A stretch of DNA of 64,000 nucleotides from Squalus acanthias (taxonomy: Eukaryota): the NCBI GenBank assembly GCA_030390025.1, contig JASTWF010000033.1:1676001-1740000 (forward strand). The letters are read 5' to 3'. Made by a program: the position numbers and the translations under genes. Shown here piece after piece: positions 11,760 to 23,189 of this stretch (the first letter of the stretch is position 1; every line of letters begins with the position of its first letter). A model generated the notes under the pieces. The model was not told the DNA's origin. It did no database searches and was given only the letters and a program-made list of their open reading frames with translations.

Positions 11760-11945
11760 ACACTTCCCAGTTGATGTGACTGGATCTCCATCAAGAGCAG
11801 GGGCAGTGGCTGATTTTTACTCTTATTTAGCCCAGTGGTGCTGAGGCCAATTCTGGCCCCTGAACTGTTGCCGTGGCTGAGATCAACTAACAGCCCAGAT
11901 CAAGGACTGCACTTTGGACCTTCCCAGTCAGTAGTGCCGAGTGTT
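11760..11945 (-). mobile_element. Degenerate tRNA-derived SINE remnant (uncertain family)
   Basis: Minus strand gggaaggtccaaagtgcagtccttgatctgggctgttagttgatctcagc; paralogs at 29190-29240 and 46280-46315 keep a B-box-like gttcaatcc. Confidence 0.35.
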
Positions 11946-12409
11946 TTAAAGTGGGGGTGGTGGTGCGGCGGGGCCAATGTTGAGGTGGGAAGGGTTAGAA
12001 GAGAACATTCTGAAAGAAATCTAACTCCACCTTTAAAGGAAACCTTCGTCACTCTGCAAAATTCTGAAGTCTTTCCAAATTAAACAAGCAAGTCAAATGG
12101 ATCATCAAAAACAGTGAGACATTTTAGAAAGGCTCAAGTCACTGAAACAGACAGGTTTACAATCACTGCACAGTACAGAAGTGAGCGACTGTTAATGGGA
12201 GCTCTGTTAGTGAAGTCCGCCGACACTCCAAGATAAACGGGTCTGTCCCTTTAAATATAAATGGACAGAGAAAGGGGAGTTCCTGTCCCTTTAAATATCT
12301 GCCCCATTTCCCCCAGGCAGTGGTTGGAGGAACAGCACGCTGTCTCTTTATATCCTGAACCAGCGGGCCTCGCCGGATGGGCTGCCACATGTAGGAACCC
12401 CCTCTGTGT

Positions 12410-12931
12410 GGGGGTCACTTACATTGAGACACCAAATCCAGGAACAGTAACACTGTGGCTCCAAATCCAAGCACGACTTAAAATGAGACATGAAATCCAG
12501 GGACCAATTACACAGTCACCAAATCCAGGAACCACTTACAGTGTGACATGAAAACCAGGGACCACTTACACCCAGACACCAAATCCAGGGACCAATTACA
12601 CTGAGACACCAAATCCAGGGACCACTTACACTGTTACACCAATTCCAGGGACCACTTACAATGTGACACCAAATCTTAGGACCACTTACACTGTGACACC
12701 AAATCCAGGGACCACTTACAGTGAGACACCAAATCCAGGGACAACTTACACTATGACACCAAATGCAGGGACCACTTATATTGTGACACCAAATCCAGGG
12801 AGTATTTGCACTGTGACACCAATTCCAGGGACCACTTACACTGAGACACCAAATCCAGGGCCCACTTACAGTGTGACACGAAATCCAGAGAACACTTACA
12901 CTGTTACACCAATTCCAGGGACCACTTACAC
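12410..12931 (+). repeat. 30-bp minisatellite, about 17 copies
   Basis: Unit gacaccaaatccagggaccacttacactgt; short inverted copies at 45110-45150 and 45715-45815. Confidence 0.93.
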
Positions 12932-13304
12932 AGCATGCAGAAGAGGATTTGAGTGTTTGGTCTTTTTACGGGATTTCAGGAAGTGGATGGCTTCTTTTTC
13001 CGTGGAAGGGCTGAAGACTGTGGACAAGGACTATGACTTTACATGGTTCGACAACATCAAATGATATGAGTTAATGGATTGCCAATAGGACTGGTGTAGA
13101 ACTGGTATTTTAATTGTTTTGTTGGGAAGGTTTCAGGTTTTCTGTTTGAAAGCAGTTTACTTGAAGCTTAATTGATTTTCTGATAAGGACTGTGGGAATT
13201 TGCACATGGTGATGTATTGGTGGTTATGCAGGAATTTACTTTGAGGTTATTGTCTAGTGTTGGTGTGTTTGAAAAGATAAAGTAAATTAATATTGGTAAT
13301 TTAT

Positions 13305-13772
13305 TGAACGAACGGACGCTCGAGTGAACGAACGGACGAACGATTCGAACGAATGCATTCATGCATATTGGAACTTACACTCGATCGAACGAATGATCAC
13401 TTGTGCAGTGACAGACGAACGATTCGAGCGAACGCACGCAGGCGCGCACTTAGACAAATGATACGCACGCACGCATTCAGACATACATATTGGAACTTAC
13501 ACTCGATCAAACGAACGACCTCATGGGATAGTAGTCGAACGAACGATTCGAGCGAACGCAAGCATGCACATTGGAACTTACACTCGATCGAACGAATGAT
13601 CGCGTGGTGAATGATCAAACGAACGATAATCAAGCGAACGCACGCAGGCGCGCACTTAGACAAATGATACGCACGCACGCACTCATACATACATATTGGA
13701 ACTTACGCTCGATCGAACGAACGCTTGAATGAATGAACGAACAATTGAATGAATGATCGAATGATCGAATTA
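13305..13772. repeat. CpG-rich complex repeat of (GAAC)n/(GCAC)n with ~204-bp higher-order duplication
   Basis: ttggaacttacactcgatc recurs near 13367, 13490, 13571 and 13695; the gaacgcacgcaggcgcgcacttagacaaatgatacgcacgcacgca block occurs twice. Confidence 0.85.
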
Positions 13773-14139
13773 ACAATGCCAGTAGGACTGGCGTAAAATG
13801 TTTTTTTTTTTTGGTTTATTGGAATAAATGTTATCTGTAGCATTTAATTGGATTATGATGGTGCTATGTGTTTGTACACTGGTGTTGAAATGGTTTTTGT
13901 TTTATGTGGAGTTAACTTTGAGATTTATTATTTTAAATCTAAAAAGTTGTGTGGTATTGTTTAAGGGTATTTGTACTGTAAAGATTATTGATTATTTGTA
14001 AAATTAATCATTGCATTTATATCAACTATAAGGCTGTTTTTAAGGCTTTATTGTTTACTGTGATGGATGAATGTAATGGATTTACTATGTAATTGATGAG
14101 TTGTACAGGTATTATTGTATTTGAATAAAATATTACCCA

Positions 14140-14520
14140 GACTACAGGAGCCCAGTGCGCAGGCGCGGGACAGCCTGGGTTTGGAGCATGCGCGGTGCGT
14201 GGAATTAGACAGATGGATGCTGCGGACCTGCTCCGCTTAATTGAATGCGATGCGGCCCGACGGAGCGGATTAATGGACCGGAAAGTGGGCGGGGATGATT
14301 CATGGACAACCAGTGCAGGCCGCAAGCCCCGAATACTTACCTGAAGGTTCCGCGTTTGCTGCTTCGGGGCTTCTGCCGGTCATAGGCCCAGGATAACGGC
14401 CGCCATCTTGATTCAGTGAGTAGCAAAGCGCATGCGTAGCCATCGTGGACAGGAACAAAGAGTGGGCGGGGCTTCAGTGTCTGTTCCCAACCGGGTCCTA
14501 GTGCCCGGGAAGTAAATCAT
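14140..14520. promoter_or_regulatory. CpG-rich, probably bidirectional promoter between ZNF B and ZNF C
   Basis: NRF1-like tgcgcaggcgcg and gcgcatgcg, GC boxes gggcgggg twice, YY1 cggccgccatcttg (14397-14410), perfect minus-strand donor CAG|GTAAGTA at 14334-14343. Confidence 0.7.
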
Positions 14521-14654
14521 TGTCTCAGTTATTTGATTCAGACTCTCCACACTTCAGACTTCTCACCATCTCTCCTGAAGGCGCTGGTAAAAGCAGAGCA
14601 TACGGTTAACATCCCACACAATTGTAACAGAAGAGCCCCAGAGCTGGGCCCCCC

Positions 14655-15220
14655 TTGTACAATCCCAGGATAGGAATCCCCAGGTACAGTCCCAGGGTTA
14701 GAATCCCCATGTACAGTCCCAGGGTTAGAACCCCCATGTACAGTCCCAGGGGTAGAATCCCCATGTACAGTCCCAGGGTTAGAATCCCCATGTACAGTCC
14801 CAGGGTAAGAATCCCCATGTACAGTCCCAGTGTTGGAATCCCCATGTACAGTCCCAGGGTTAGAATCCACATGAACAGTCCCAGGGTTAGAATCCCCATG
14901 TACAGTCCCAGGGTTAGAACCCCCATGTACAGTCCCAGTGTTGGAATCCCCATGTACAGTCCCAGGGTTAGAATCCCCATGTATAGTCCCAGGGTTAGAA
15001 TCCCCATGTACAGTCCCAGGGTTAGAATCCCCATGTATAGTCCCAGTGTTAGAATCCCCATGTACAGTCCCAGGGTTAGAATCCCCATGTACAGTCCCAG
15101 GGTTAGAATCCCCATCTACAGTCCCAGGGGTAGAATCCCCTTGTCCAGTCCCAGGGTTAGAATCCCCATGTACAGTCCCAGGGTTGGAATCCCCATGTAC
15201 AGTCCCAGGGTTGGAATCCC
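14655..15220 (+). repeat. 27-bp minisatellite, about 21 copies
   Basis: Unit gtacagtcccagggttagaatccccat; inverted paralog at 42225-43385. Confidence 0.95.
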
Positions 15221-15669
15221 TCAGCAACACCGAGTGCGGGTCTCAGGCCCCGAGTCAGAGCCGGCGGACGTGCGGCCAGGGCGCCGGCACCATTAACCCC
15301 AGGGTGCAGCACCTCCCCCAGACAAGAAACACAACAACTTGCATTTATACAGCAGAGGGAGCAATTCAGAGCCGGTTAGCATCAGGGTGGGCGGTGGATG
15401 TGGAACTCGGCCCCTGGCCTCCTGTGTAGGGCTTTCTTGTTGCATCAGTTTGAGCTGGAGTGGCGAGGGGGGAGAAGCTGCTGGGTTTAACCCCCAGTAC
15501 TTCTGAGGCCAGTGGGACCCAACAATTTCCAATGTGGGACTGTGAACGCAGGTGGATTGTAGGGGAGATTAAGTTGCTAAACAGACCCTGTCCGTACAGT
15601 GTAAAAGATTATTGTTTTAGGAACAAGTATTTCTGTAGAGGCTTTCAATCCATTTTATATATGCAGATT

Positions 15670-15980
15670 TTTTAAATTCATTCGATGTGGGTGTCACCAG
15701 CAAGGCCAGCATATATTGCCAGTCTCCAGTTGCCCGTTGAGAAGGTGATGCTGGGCCTTCTTCTTGAACCTCTGCAGTCTGTGTGGTGAAGGTACTCTCA
15801 GAATGCTGTTAGGTGAGGAGTTCCAGGATTTTCATCCAGCGACAATGCAGGAACGGCGATACATGCCCAAGTCAGGATAGTGTGTGACTTGGAGGGGAAC
15901 TGGGAGGTGATGGTGTTCCCATGCACCTGCTGCCCTTGTCCTTCTAGGTGGTGGAGGTGTTTGGGAGGTGCTGTCAAAGT
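15670..15980 (-). mobile_element. L2/Crack-like LINE 3' fragment
   Basis: Reverse complement matches 10920-11245; partial copy in the paralog at 42030-42157. Confidence 0.8.
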
Positions 15981-16380
15981 TCTAGTCGAGTTGCAGATGT
16001 ATAAAGTCGCTCTCCTTCACCCCACCCCCTGCCACCTCGCTCTCTCTCCTCCCATAGAGGCCAGAGTCTTGTGTAGGCCCAGACCGGGTGGCGGGTTCCC
16101 TTCCCTGAAGGACATTAGTGAACCAGTTGGGTTTTTACGACAATCCGGCAGCTTTCATGGTCACTTTTTTCTAGTGCCGGCCCCACAAATTCCCAGATTC
16201 GTTCAGCTCAATTTCACAACCTGCCTTTGTGTTTTTGTGGGTTCTCTCTCACCCTCCCTTTTTCCTGTGTCAAATTCATTTTACAGGGTATTAGAAGTAT
16301 AGGATTTGCAGACGGGAAACTCAAACCAAACATCACTTCAAGACCCGACAGAGTCACTCGATTCATCAGGACCTTTGAGC

Positions 16381-16624
16381 ATGGAAGCAGAAAGCACTGT
16401 TCAGAACGGGGAGAAACCGTACACGTATTCTGTGTGTGGACGAGGCTTCAGCCGATTCTCTGGCCTGTCGAGACACAAGCGCAGTCACACCGGGGAGAAA
16501 CCGTGTAAATGTGGGGACTGTGGGAAGCGATTCAACTACCCGTGTCAGCTGGAAACTCATCGACGAGTTCAAACTGGGGAGAGGCCGTTCACCTGCACTG
16601 AGTGTGGGAAGGGATTCACGTGTG
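16381..16624 (+). pseudogene. ZNF C, 5' part of coding exon (cut by CR1 insertion)
   Basis: Acceptor ttttacAG at 16285-16286; agcATGG start, [14 protein letters not shown]...; two fingers with ligand loss and a third broken at [11 protein letters not shown]. Confidence 0.85.
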
Positions 16625-19600
16625 CATAAGAACATAAGAAATAGGAGCAGGAGTAGGCCAATCGGCCCCTCGAGCCTGCTCCGCCATTCAATAAGATCAT
16701 GGCTGATCTGATCCTAACCGCCAATCTACTATCTATCACAGAACCATCTCCTGAATCTAACAGAATTGCACACACGAAATAGGAGCAGAATCAGGCTACA
16801 CAGTCCCTGGGCCCGCTCCACTACCCACAGGGCCATGACCGATCCGAACCTAGACTCATGTCCAAATTCCTGCCCGCTCCCCGTAACCCTTAATGCCCTT
16901 TACTTCTAGGAAACTGTCTATTTCTGTTTTAAATTTAATTAATGTTGTAGCTTCTACAGCTTTTTGTGGCAGCATATTCCATGGACCTACCACCCTCTGA
17001 GTGAAGTAGTTCCTCCTCATCTCAGTTTTGAAAGAGCAGCCCCTTATTCTAAGACTATGTCCCCTAGTTCTCGTCTCACCCGTCATCGGGAACATCCTCC
17101 CCGCATCCACCCGATCCAACCCCTTCACAATCTTATATGTTTCAATAAGATCGCCTCTCATTCTTCTGAACTCCAATGAGTAGAGTCCCAATCTACCCAA
17201 CCTCTCCTCATATGACCACCCCCTCATCCCCGGGATTAACCGAGTGAACCTTTTTTGCACTGCTTCGAGAGCAAGGATGTCTTTCCTTAAGTAAGGACAC
17301 CAAAACTGTATGCAGTATTCCAGGTGCGGTCTCACCAATACCTTGTACAACTGAAGCAATACCTCCCTATTTTTATATTCTATCCCCCTAGCAATGAAAG
17401 CCAACATTCCATTTGCCTTCTTAATCACTTGCTGCACCTGCATACTAACCTTTTGAGTTTCGTGCACAAGGACCCCCAGATCCCTTTGCACTTCAGTACT
17501 CTCCAGTTTCTTGCCATTAAGATAATAAATTGCTCTAGGATTTTTCCTGCCACAGTGCATCACCTCACACTTTCCAGTGTTGTATTCCATCTGCCAAATC
17601 TCTGCCCACTTACTTAGCCTGTCTATGTCCCCTTGCAGGTTTTTTATGTCCTCCTCACTCACTACTTTCCCTCCCATCTTTGTATCATCTGCAAATTTTG
17701 ATATGTTACACTTGGTCCCTTCCTCCAAATCGTTAATATAGATTGTGAAGAGTTGGGGACCCAGCACTGACCCCTGTGGAACACCACTAGTTACTGATTG
17801 CCAGTCTGAGAATGAACCATTTATCCCAACTCTTTGCTTTCTGTTAGATAGCCAATCCTCTATCCATGCCAGAATATTACCCCCAATCCCGTGATTTTTT
17901 ACCTTAAGCAATAATCTTTTGTGTGGCACCTTGTCAAATGCCTTTTGGAAGTCTAAATACACTACGTCCACTGGTTCCCCTTTATCCACTCTATATGTTA
18001 CTTCCTCAAAGAACTCCAGCAAATTTGTCAAACATGACTTCCCCTTCGTAAAACCATGCTGACTTTGTCCTATTAAATTATGATTATCCAAATGTCCTGT
18101 TACTGTTTCCTTAATAATGGACTCCAAAATTTTACCTACCACAGATGTTAGGCTAACCGGTCTATAGTTACCAGCCTTCTGTCTACTGCCCTTTTTAAAT
18201 AAGGGTGTTACATTAGCAGTTTTCCAGTCTGCCGGGACCTTAGCGGAATCCAGGGAGTTTTGAAAAATTATTACCAATGCATCTACAATCCCTACCGCCA
18301 CTTCCTTCAAGACTCTAGGATGTAAGCCATCAGGTCCAGGTGATTTATCCGCCTTGAGTCCCATTATTTTACCGAGTACCACTTCCTTAGTGATTTTGAT
18401 CGTGTTTAGCTCCTCTCCCCCTATAGCCCCCTGTTTGTCCAGTGTTGGGATATTCTTAGTGTCCTCTACTGTAAAGACTGATACAAAATATTCATTCAGT
18501 GTTTTTGCCATCTCCATATTTCCCACCATTAATTTCCCGGTCTCATCCTCTAAGGGACCAACATTTACTTTAGCCACCCTTTTTCTTTTTATATAACTAT
18601 AAAAACTCTTACTATCTGTTTTTATATTTTTTGCTAATTTACTTTCATAATCTATCTTCCCTTTCTTAATCAATCTTTTTGTTATTTTTTGCTGCCTTTT
18701 AAAGTTTTCCCAATCCTCTGTCCTCCCACTAGATTTCGCTACCTTATATGCCCTTGTTTTTAGTCGAATACTATCCTTAATTTCTTTACTTAGCCACGGA
18801 TGACTGTCCTTTCTTTTACACCCTTTTCTTTTCAGTGGAATATATTTTTTTTGGAAGTTGTAAAATAACTCCTTGAATGTACACCACTGATCATGTGTCG
18901 TCTTACCCTTTAATCTATTTTCCCAATCCACTCTACTCAATTCCGCTCGCATACCTTCATAGTCTCCTTTATTCAAGCTTAGCACGCTTGTTTGAGATCC
19001 AACCTTCTCACCCTCTAATTGAATATGGAATTCAACCATGTTATGGTCACTCATTCCAAGGGGATCCTTTACTAGGACATTTTTAATTAATCCTGTCTCG
19101 TTACACAGGACCAGATCTAAGGTTGCTTGCCCCCTGGTCGGTTCAGTTACATACTGCTCAAGAAACCCATCCCTAATACACTCAATGAACTCATCCTCAA
19201 GGCAGCCCTGCCCCATTTGATTTGTCCAATTAATATGATAGTTAAAATCCCCCATAATTATAGATGTTCCCTTATTACATGCCTCAACTATTTCCTGATT
19301 GATACTCCGTCCAATAGAGTTGCAACTGTTCGGAGGCCTATAGACTACGCCCACTAATGTTTTTTTCCCCTTATTATTCCTTATCTCCACCCAAACTGTT
19401 TCATTATCATGATTTTTTGACCCAATATCATTACTCTGTATTACAGTGATTCCTTCCTTTATTAACATAGCCACCCCACCTCCCCTTCCTTCCTGCCTGT
19501 CCTTCCTGATCGTTAAATAACCTGGTATGTTTAATTCCCAGGCATTGTCACCCTGCAGCCATGTTTCTGTAATGGCCACAATATCATAACCATATGTAGT

Positions 19601-19761
19601 TATTTGTGCCATTAACTCGTCTATTTTGTTACGAATGCTACGTGCATTCAGATAGAGAACTTTCAAATATGCTTTGTGGCACTTAGTTCCTGCTTTTTCA
19701 CTTTTTACCAGTTTACCTTTTTACCTTTTACTCCACACACTCTGTCCCTTCCTGCCACGCT
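16625..19761 (-). mobile_element. Young CR1 LINE, 5'-truncated just upstream of the endonuclease, inserted antisense into ZNF C
   Basis: (cataagaa)n tail at 16625, 3'UTR hairpin, uninterrupted ORF2; the two halves of one finger flank it. Confidence 0.95.
16856..19666 (-). CDS. CR1 ORF2: APE endonuclease plus reverse transcriptase (936 codons without a stop; true start missing)
   Basis: [34 protein letters not shown] endonuclease motifs; [31 protein letters not shown] motifs. Confidence 0.93.
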   Translation of the reverse strand: MKVLYLNARSIRNKIDELMAQITTYGYDIVAITETWLQGDNAWELNIPGYLTIRKDRQEGRGGGVAMLIKEGITVIQSNDIGSKNHDNETVWVEIRNNKGKKTLVGVVYRPPNSCNSIGRSINQEIVEACNKGTSIIMGDFNYHINWTNQMGQGCLEDEFIECIRDGFLEQYVTEPTRGQATLDLVLCNETGLIKNVLVKDPLGMSDHNMVEFHIQLEGEKVGSQTSVLSLNKGDYEGMRAELSRVDWENRLKGKTTHDQWCTFKELFYNFQKKYIPLKRKGCKRKDSHPWLSKEIKDSIRLKTRAYKVAKSSGRTEDWENFKRQQKITKRLIKKGKIDYESKLAKNIKTDSKSFYSYIKRKRVAKVNVGPLEDETGKLMVGNMEMAKTLNEYFVSVFTVEDTKNIPTLDKQGAIGGEELNTIKITKEVVLGKIMGLKADKSPGPDGLHPRVLKEVAVGIVDALVIIFQNSLDSAKVPADWKTANVTPLFKKGSRQKAGNYRPVSLTSVVGKILESIIKETVTGHLDNHNLIGQSQHGFTKGKSCLTNLLEFFEEVTYRVDKGEPVDVVYLDFQKAFDKVPHKRLLLKVKNHGIGGNILAWIEDWLSNRKQRVGINGSFSDWQSVTSGVPQGSVLGPQLFTIYINDLEEGTKCNISKFADDTKMGGKVVSEEDIKNLQGDIDRLSKWAEIWQMEYNTGKCEVMHCGRKNPRAIYYLNGKKLESTEVQRDLGVLVHETQKVSMQVQQVIKKANGMLAFIARGIEYKNREVLLQLYKVLVRPHLEYCIQFWCPYLRKDILALEAVQKRFTRLIPGMRGWSYEERLGRLGLYSLEFRRMRGDLIETYKIVKGLDRVDAGRMFPMTGETRTRGHSLRIRGCSFKTEMRRNYFTQRVVGPWNMLPQKAVEATTLIKFKTEIDSFLEVKGIKGYGERAGIWT

Positions 19762-20968
19762 CCTGCTGACACACCAGCGAGTTCACACTGGGGAGAGACC
19801 GTTCACCTGCACTGTGTGTGGGAAGGGATTCACTCTTTCATGCAATCTGCTGCAGCACTGGCGAGTTCACACCAGGGAGAGGCCATTCACTTGTTCTGAG
19901 TGTGGGAAGAGATTCACTCGTTCATCCAGCCTGCTGACGCACCAGCGAGTTCACACCGAGGGGAGGCCGTTCACCTGCTCCGAGTGTGGGAAGGGATTCA
20001 CTCAGTCATCCCACCTGCTGACACACCAGCGAGTTCACACTGGGGAGAGACCATTCACCTGCTCCGAGTGTGGGAAGGGATTCACTCAGTCATCCCACCT
20101 GCTGACACACCAACGAGTTCACACTGGAGAGAGGCCGTTCATCTGCTCCGTGTGTGGGAAGGTATTCACTGATTCCTCCAGCCTGCTGACACACCAGCGA
20201 GTTCACGCTGGGGAGAGACCATTCACCTGCTCTGAGTGTGGGAAGGGATTCACTCAGTCATCCCACCTGTTGAGACACCAGCGCACTCATACCGGGGAGA
20301 GGCCATTCACTTGCTCTGAGTGTGGGAAGGGATTCGCTTGTTCATCCACCCTTCTGAAACACCAGCGCGTTCACACTGACGAGAGGCCTTTTAAATGCCC
20401 GGTCTGTGGAAAGTGCTATAAAAGTTCTGGGGACCTGATGTGTCATCAACGTGTTCACACTGACGAGAGACCGTTCACTTGCTCTCACTCCGGGACTGGG
20501 TTCAGGAGATCATCTGACCTCACTGTACACCAGCGAACTCACACCGGGGAGAGGCCGTTCACCTGCTCTGAGTGTGGGAAGGGATTCGCTCGGTCATCCG
20601 ACCTTCTGAAACACCAGCGAGTTCACACTGGGGAGAGGCCATTCACCTGCTCTGACTGTGGGAAGGGATTCACTAATTCCTCCAGCCTGCTGACACACCA
20701 GCGCATTCACACCGGGGAGAGGCCGTTCACTTGCTCTGAGTGTGGGAAGGGATTCACTCATTCCTCCAGCCTGCTGTCACACCAGCGCATTCACACCGGG
20801 GAGAGGCCGTTCACTTGCTCTGAGTGTGGGAAGGGATTCACTCATTCCTCCAGCCTGCTGTCACACCAGCGCATTCACACCGGGGAGAGGCCGTTCACTT
20901 GCTCTGAGTGTGGGAAGGGATTTACTCGGTCATCCAACCTGCTGAGACACCAGCGAGTTCACAAATGA
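19762..20968 (+). pseudogene. ZNF C, 3' part: open array of 14 C2H2 fingers (one C->S)
   Basis: No stops from the insertion junction to RHQRVHK*; HTGERPF linkers; family 3'UTR and aataaa near 21114. Confidence 0.88.
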
Positions 20969-21340
20969 CTGCAGGGGTTGGATTCTGCTCTTTTTGCTGC
21001 TGTTAATTACATCCTGAACTGAATCGTGTTCACACTGACAGCTGGGGTTTGTTTCTGCTGATGTTAATAACCCCTGTAACTGGGCTGGAGTTTAATATTC
21101 TGGATATATGTCAAATAAATCAGCTTTGCTTTAAACACATTGTTGTTGATTTTTGTCGTTCCCACCTGAGTGTTTAGCATCACCTGGCTGGAGCTCAGAA
21201 AGGACAATCTGGGGGGAGGATCGTACGGCGGGAACAGAACAACAGCCTGGACACAGTCCTTCAGGGCCACACTGAGAGGGGCAAACAGCACTTTGGTCTT
21301 TCTCGTCTCTTCACCGAAAGGAAAGTTGCCGGGCAGATTA

Positions 21341-21690
21341 AGAACATAAGAAAAGATCATAAGAATTAGGAGCAGGAGTAGGTCACACGGCCCCTCGAGC
21401 CTGCTCCGCCATTCAATAACATCATGGCTGATCATCCACCTCAACTCCACTTTCCAACCCGATCTCCATATCCCTTGATTCCCCCAGAGTCAAAAATCTA
21501 TCTATCTCAGCCTTGAATATACTCAAAGACTAAACATTCACAGCCCTCTGGGGCAGAGAATTCCAAAGATTCACAGCCCTCTGAGTGAAGAAATTCCTCC
21601 TCATCTCAGTCTTAAATGGCCGACCCCTTATCCTGAGACTATGCCCCCTCGTTCTGTACATTCCAGCCAGGGGAAACAACCTCTCACCAT
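21341..21690 (-). mobile_element. CR1 3' end inserted in the 3' flank of ZNF C
   Basis: (cataagaa) tail, hairpin and [19 protein letters not shown]; absent from paralogous flanks at 27710-27745, 40670-40715 and 57715-57755. Confidence 0.9.
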
Positions 21691-23189
21691 ATAATCTTGA
21701 GGCTGATAAGGAATGTGTCCCAGCCGCTCTCTCCCATGGGTCAGAGCTCCTGGGCACGGAACAGAAGGCTCCTTTACATCTGTGTTTAGAGTCAGGAAGA
21801 ACAACGGTGAATGCTGGAAACGTGCTGTCAAATCAGAGATTGGTGTCAAACTGCGATCTGTTCCTGACTGAAAGTGAAACGGCAGGGTTAAGTTTCCAGT
21901 CTAAAAATGACTGGTAATTATTCCACGAGGATTTAATATGTGTATGTGAGACAGTCCTGTGTCGACCATTTTAAGGCAGGTGTTAACTCATTTAAAATAA
22001 ACCCGTTTAAAATAAATTGGTTAAAGTCTGCATTAAAATAGCAGAGGGAGAAGTTCACAGGAGCCTGTTAACTGCTGGTACAATTATACAACAGACATTT
22101 GATCTCCAGATAAAGGACCTGCAGCGTGTTCCCAGGAATTCGCTGTTTTATTGATGTGTGTGTGTTAGACACCAGGATAACTAAAAATACACAACCCGGA
22201 ACATCCATGGGGTGCGATCCCGACAGTTACTCTGGGATCACTCCCGCTGCGGGACTCCAGCACTGACCCTGCTGTAGGCTCAGGGAGTGGGGCCTCCAGG
22301 AGTGGACTGTGAGAAAGCTGGGTTTCAGTATCCTGACACATATATGGTGAGGAACCAGAGCAATCCTTACTCAGGAACCGTCTGAGGTTTTATCCATCAG
22401 GAAAGGATGGGATGGGATGATTTATTTATTTTTTGGTTTGAAGCATCGGTCTAGTCTTGTAAATAACTGTCAGAAGCTGTGTGCAATGTCTAATTGATGT
22501 GGGATTATGAGGGTAATATCTGTGTTGAAAGGACGGGGTGAACCTTGTAACAATCCCCCAGAGATGAGCTGGGATTGAGGGACAGGACTGAAGGTGAGCA
22601 ATAGTGCCCTGCACTTTGTACTAATTAGTGACAGACTCTGTGTGTTAAAGTTTACTAATTCACACTTGTGTTGTGCTGTGCCGATTGCTCCCAGTTTGTG
22701 AATGTTCAGGATTGTTTTTGCTGCAGTATTTTCTATTGAGCTTTGGCGGGACCCACTGATTGGGTGAGACAGAGCCTGGAACCGTGACCTCACAGCACCG
22801 CCGGATGGGCGGCCGCAGGGTCTTAATTCCCACCGGGTTGACCAGCTCTCAGCGGGTTCAGAGCAACAACTGAAAAGAGCCTCACAAAGTGTTTGCTGTG
22901 TGTGTGTACAAAGCTCATCATTCTTAATGTGTGCAAGCACATTCCACAGAGAGAAATCATCATCTTCAGCCATTACTGATCAGCATTTTATTTCCTTTAT
23001 TCACAGTGTAACTTCAGAGCGTTGAATCCCTTTAACATTTATTGAGAACCCATTGTCTTGTGGGCTCTTGTTTAGAAAGTGATGTCACACTGACCATTCC
23101 GTTGCCAAGGTGAGCCTGTCTGTCCGCAGTATTCAGTGGGAAAGGGGATTAAATCACACCGAGGATAATGAGCAGCCACCCACCAGCAG

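Noticed and set aside
14333..14343. ATACTTACCTG, identical to the U1 snRNA 5' end
   Set aside because: The following sequence is not U1; it is simply the reverse complement of a consensus splice donor
14655..15220. Telomere-like GGGTTAG in the 27-mer and 67-mer, and an NPGT peptide shared with the 30-mer
   Set aside because: One short motif per unit and no (TTAGGG)n run; too short to support common origin by eye
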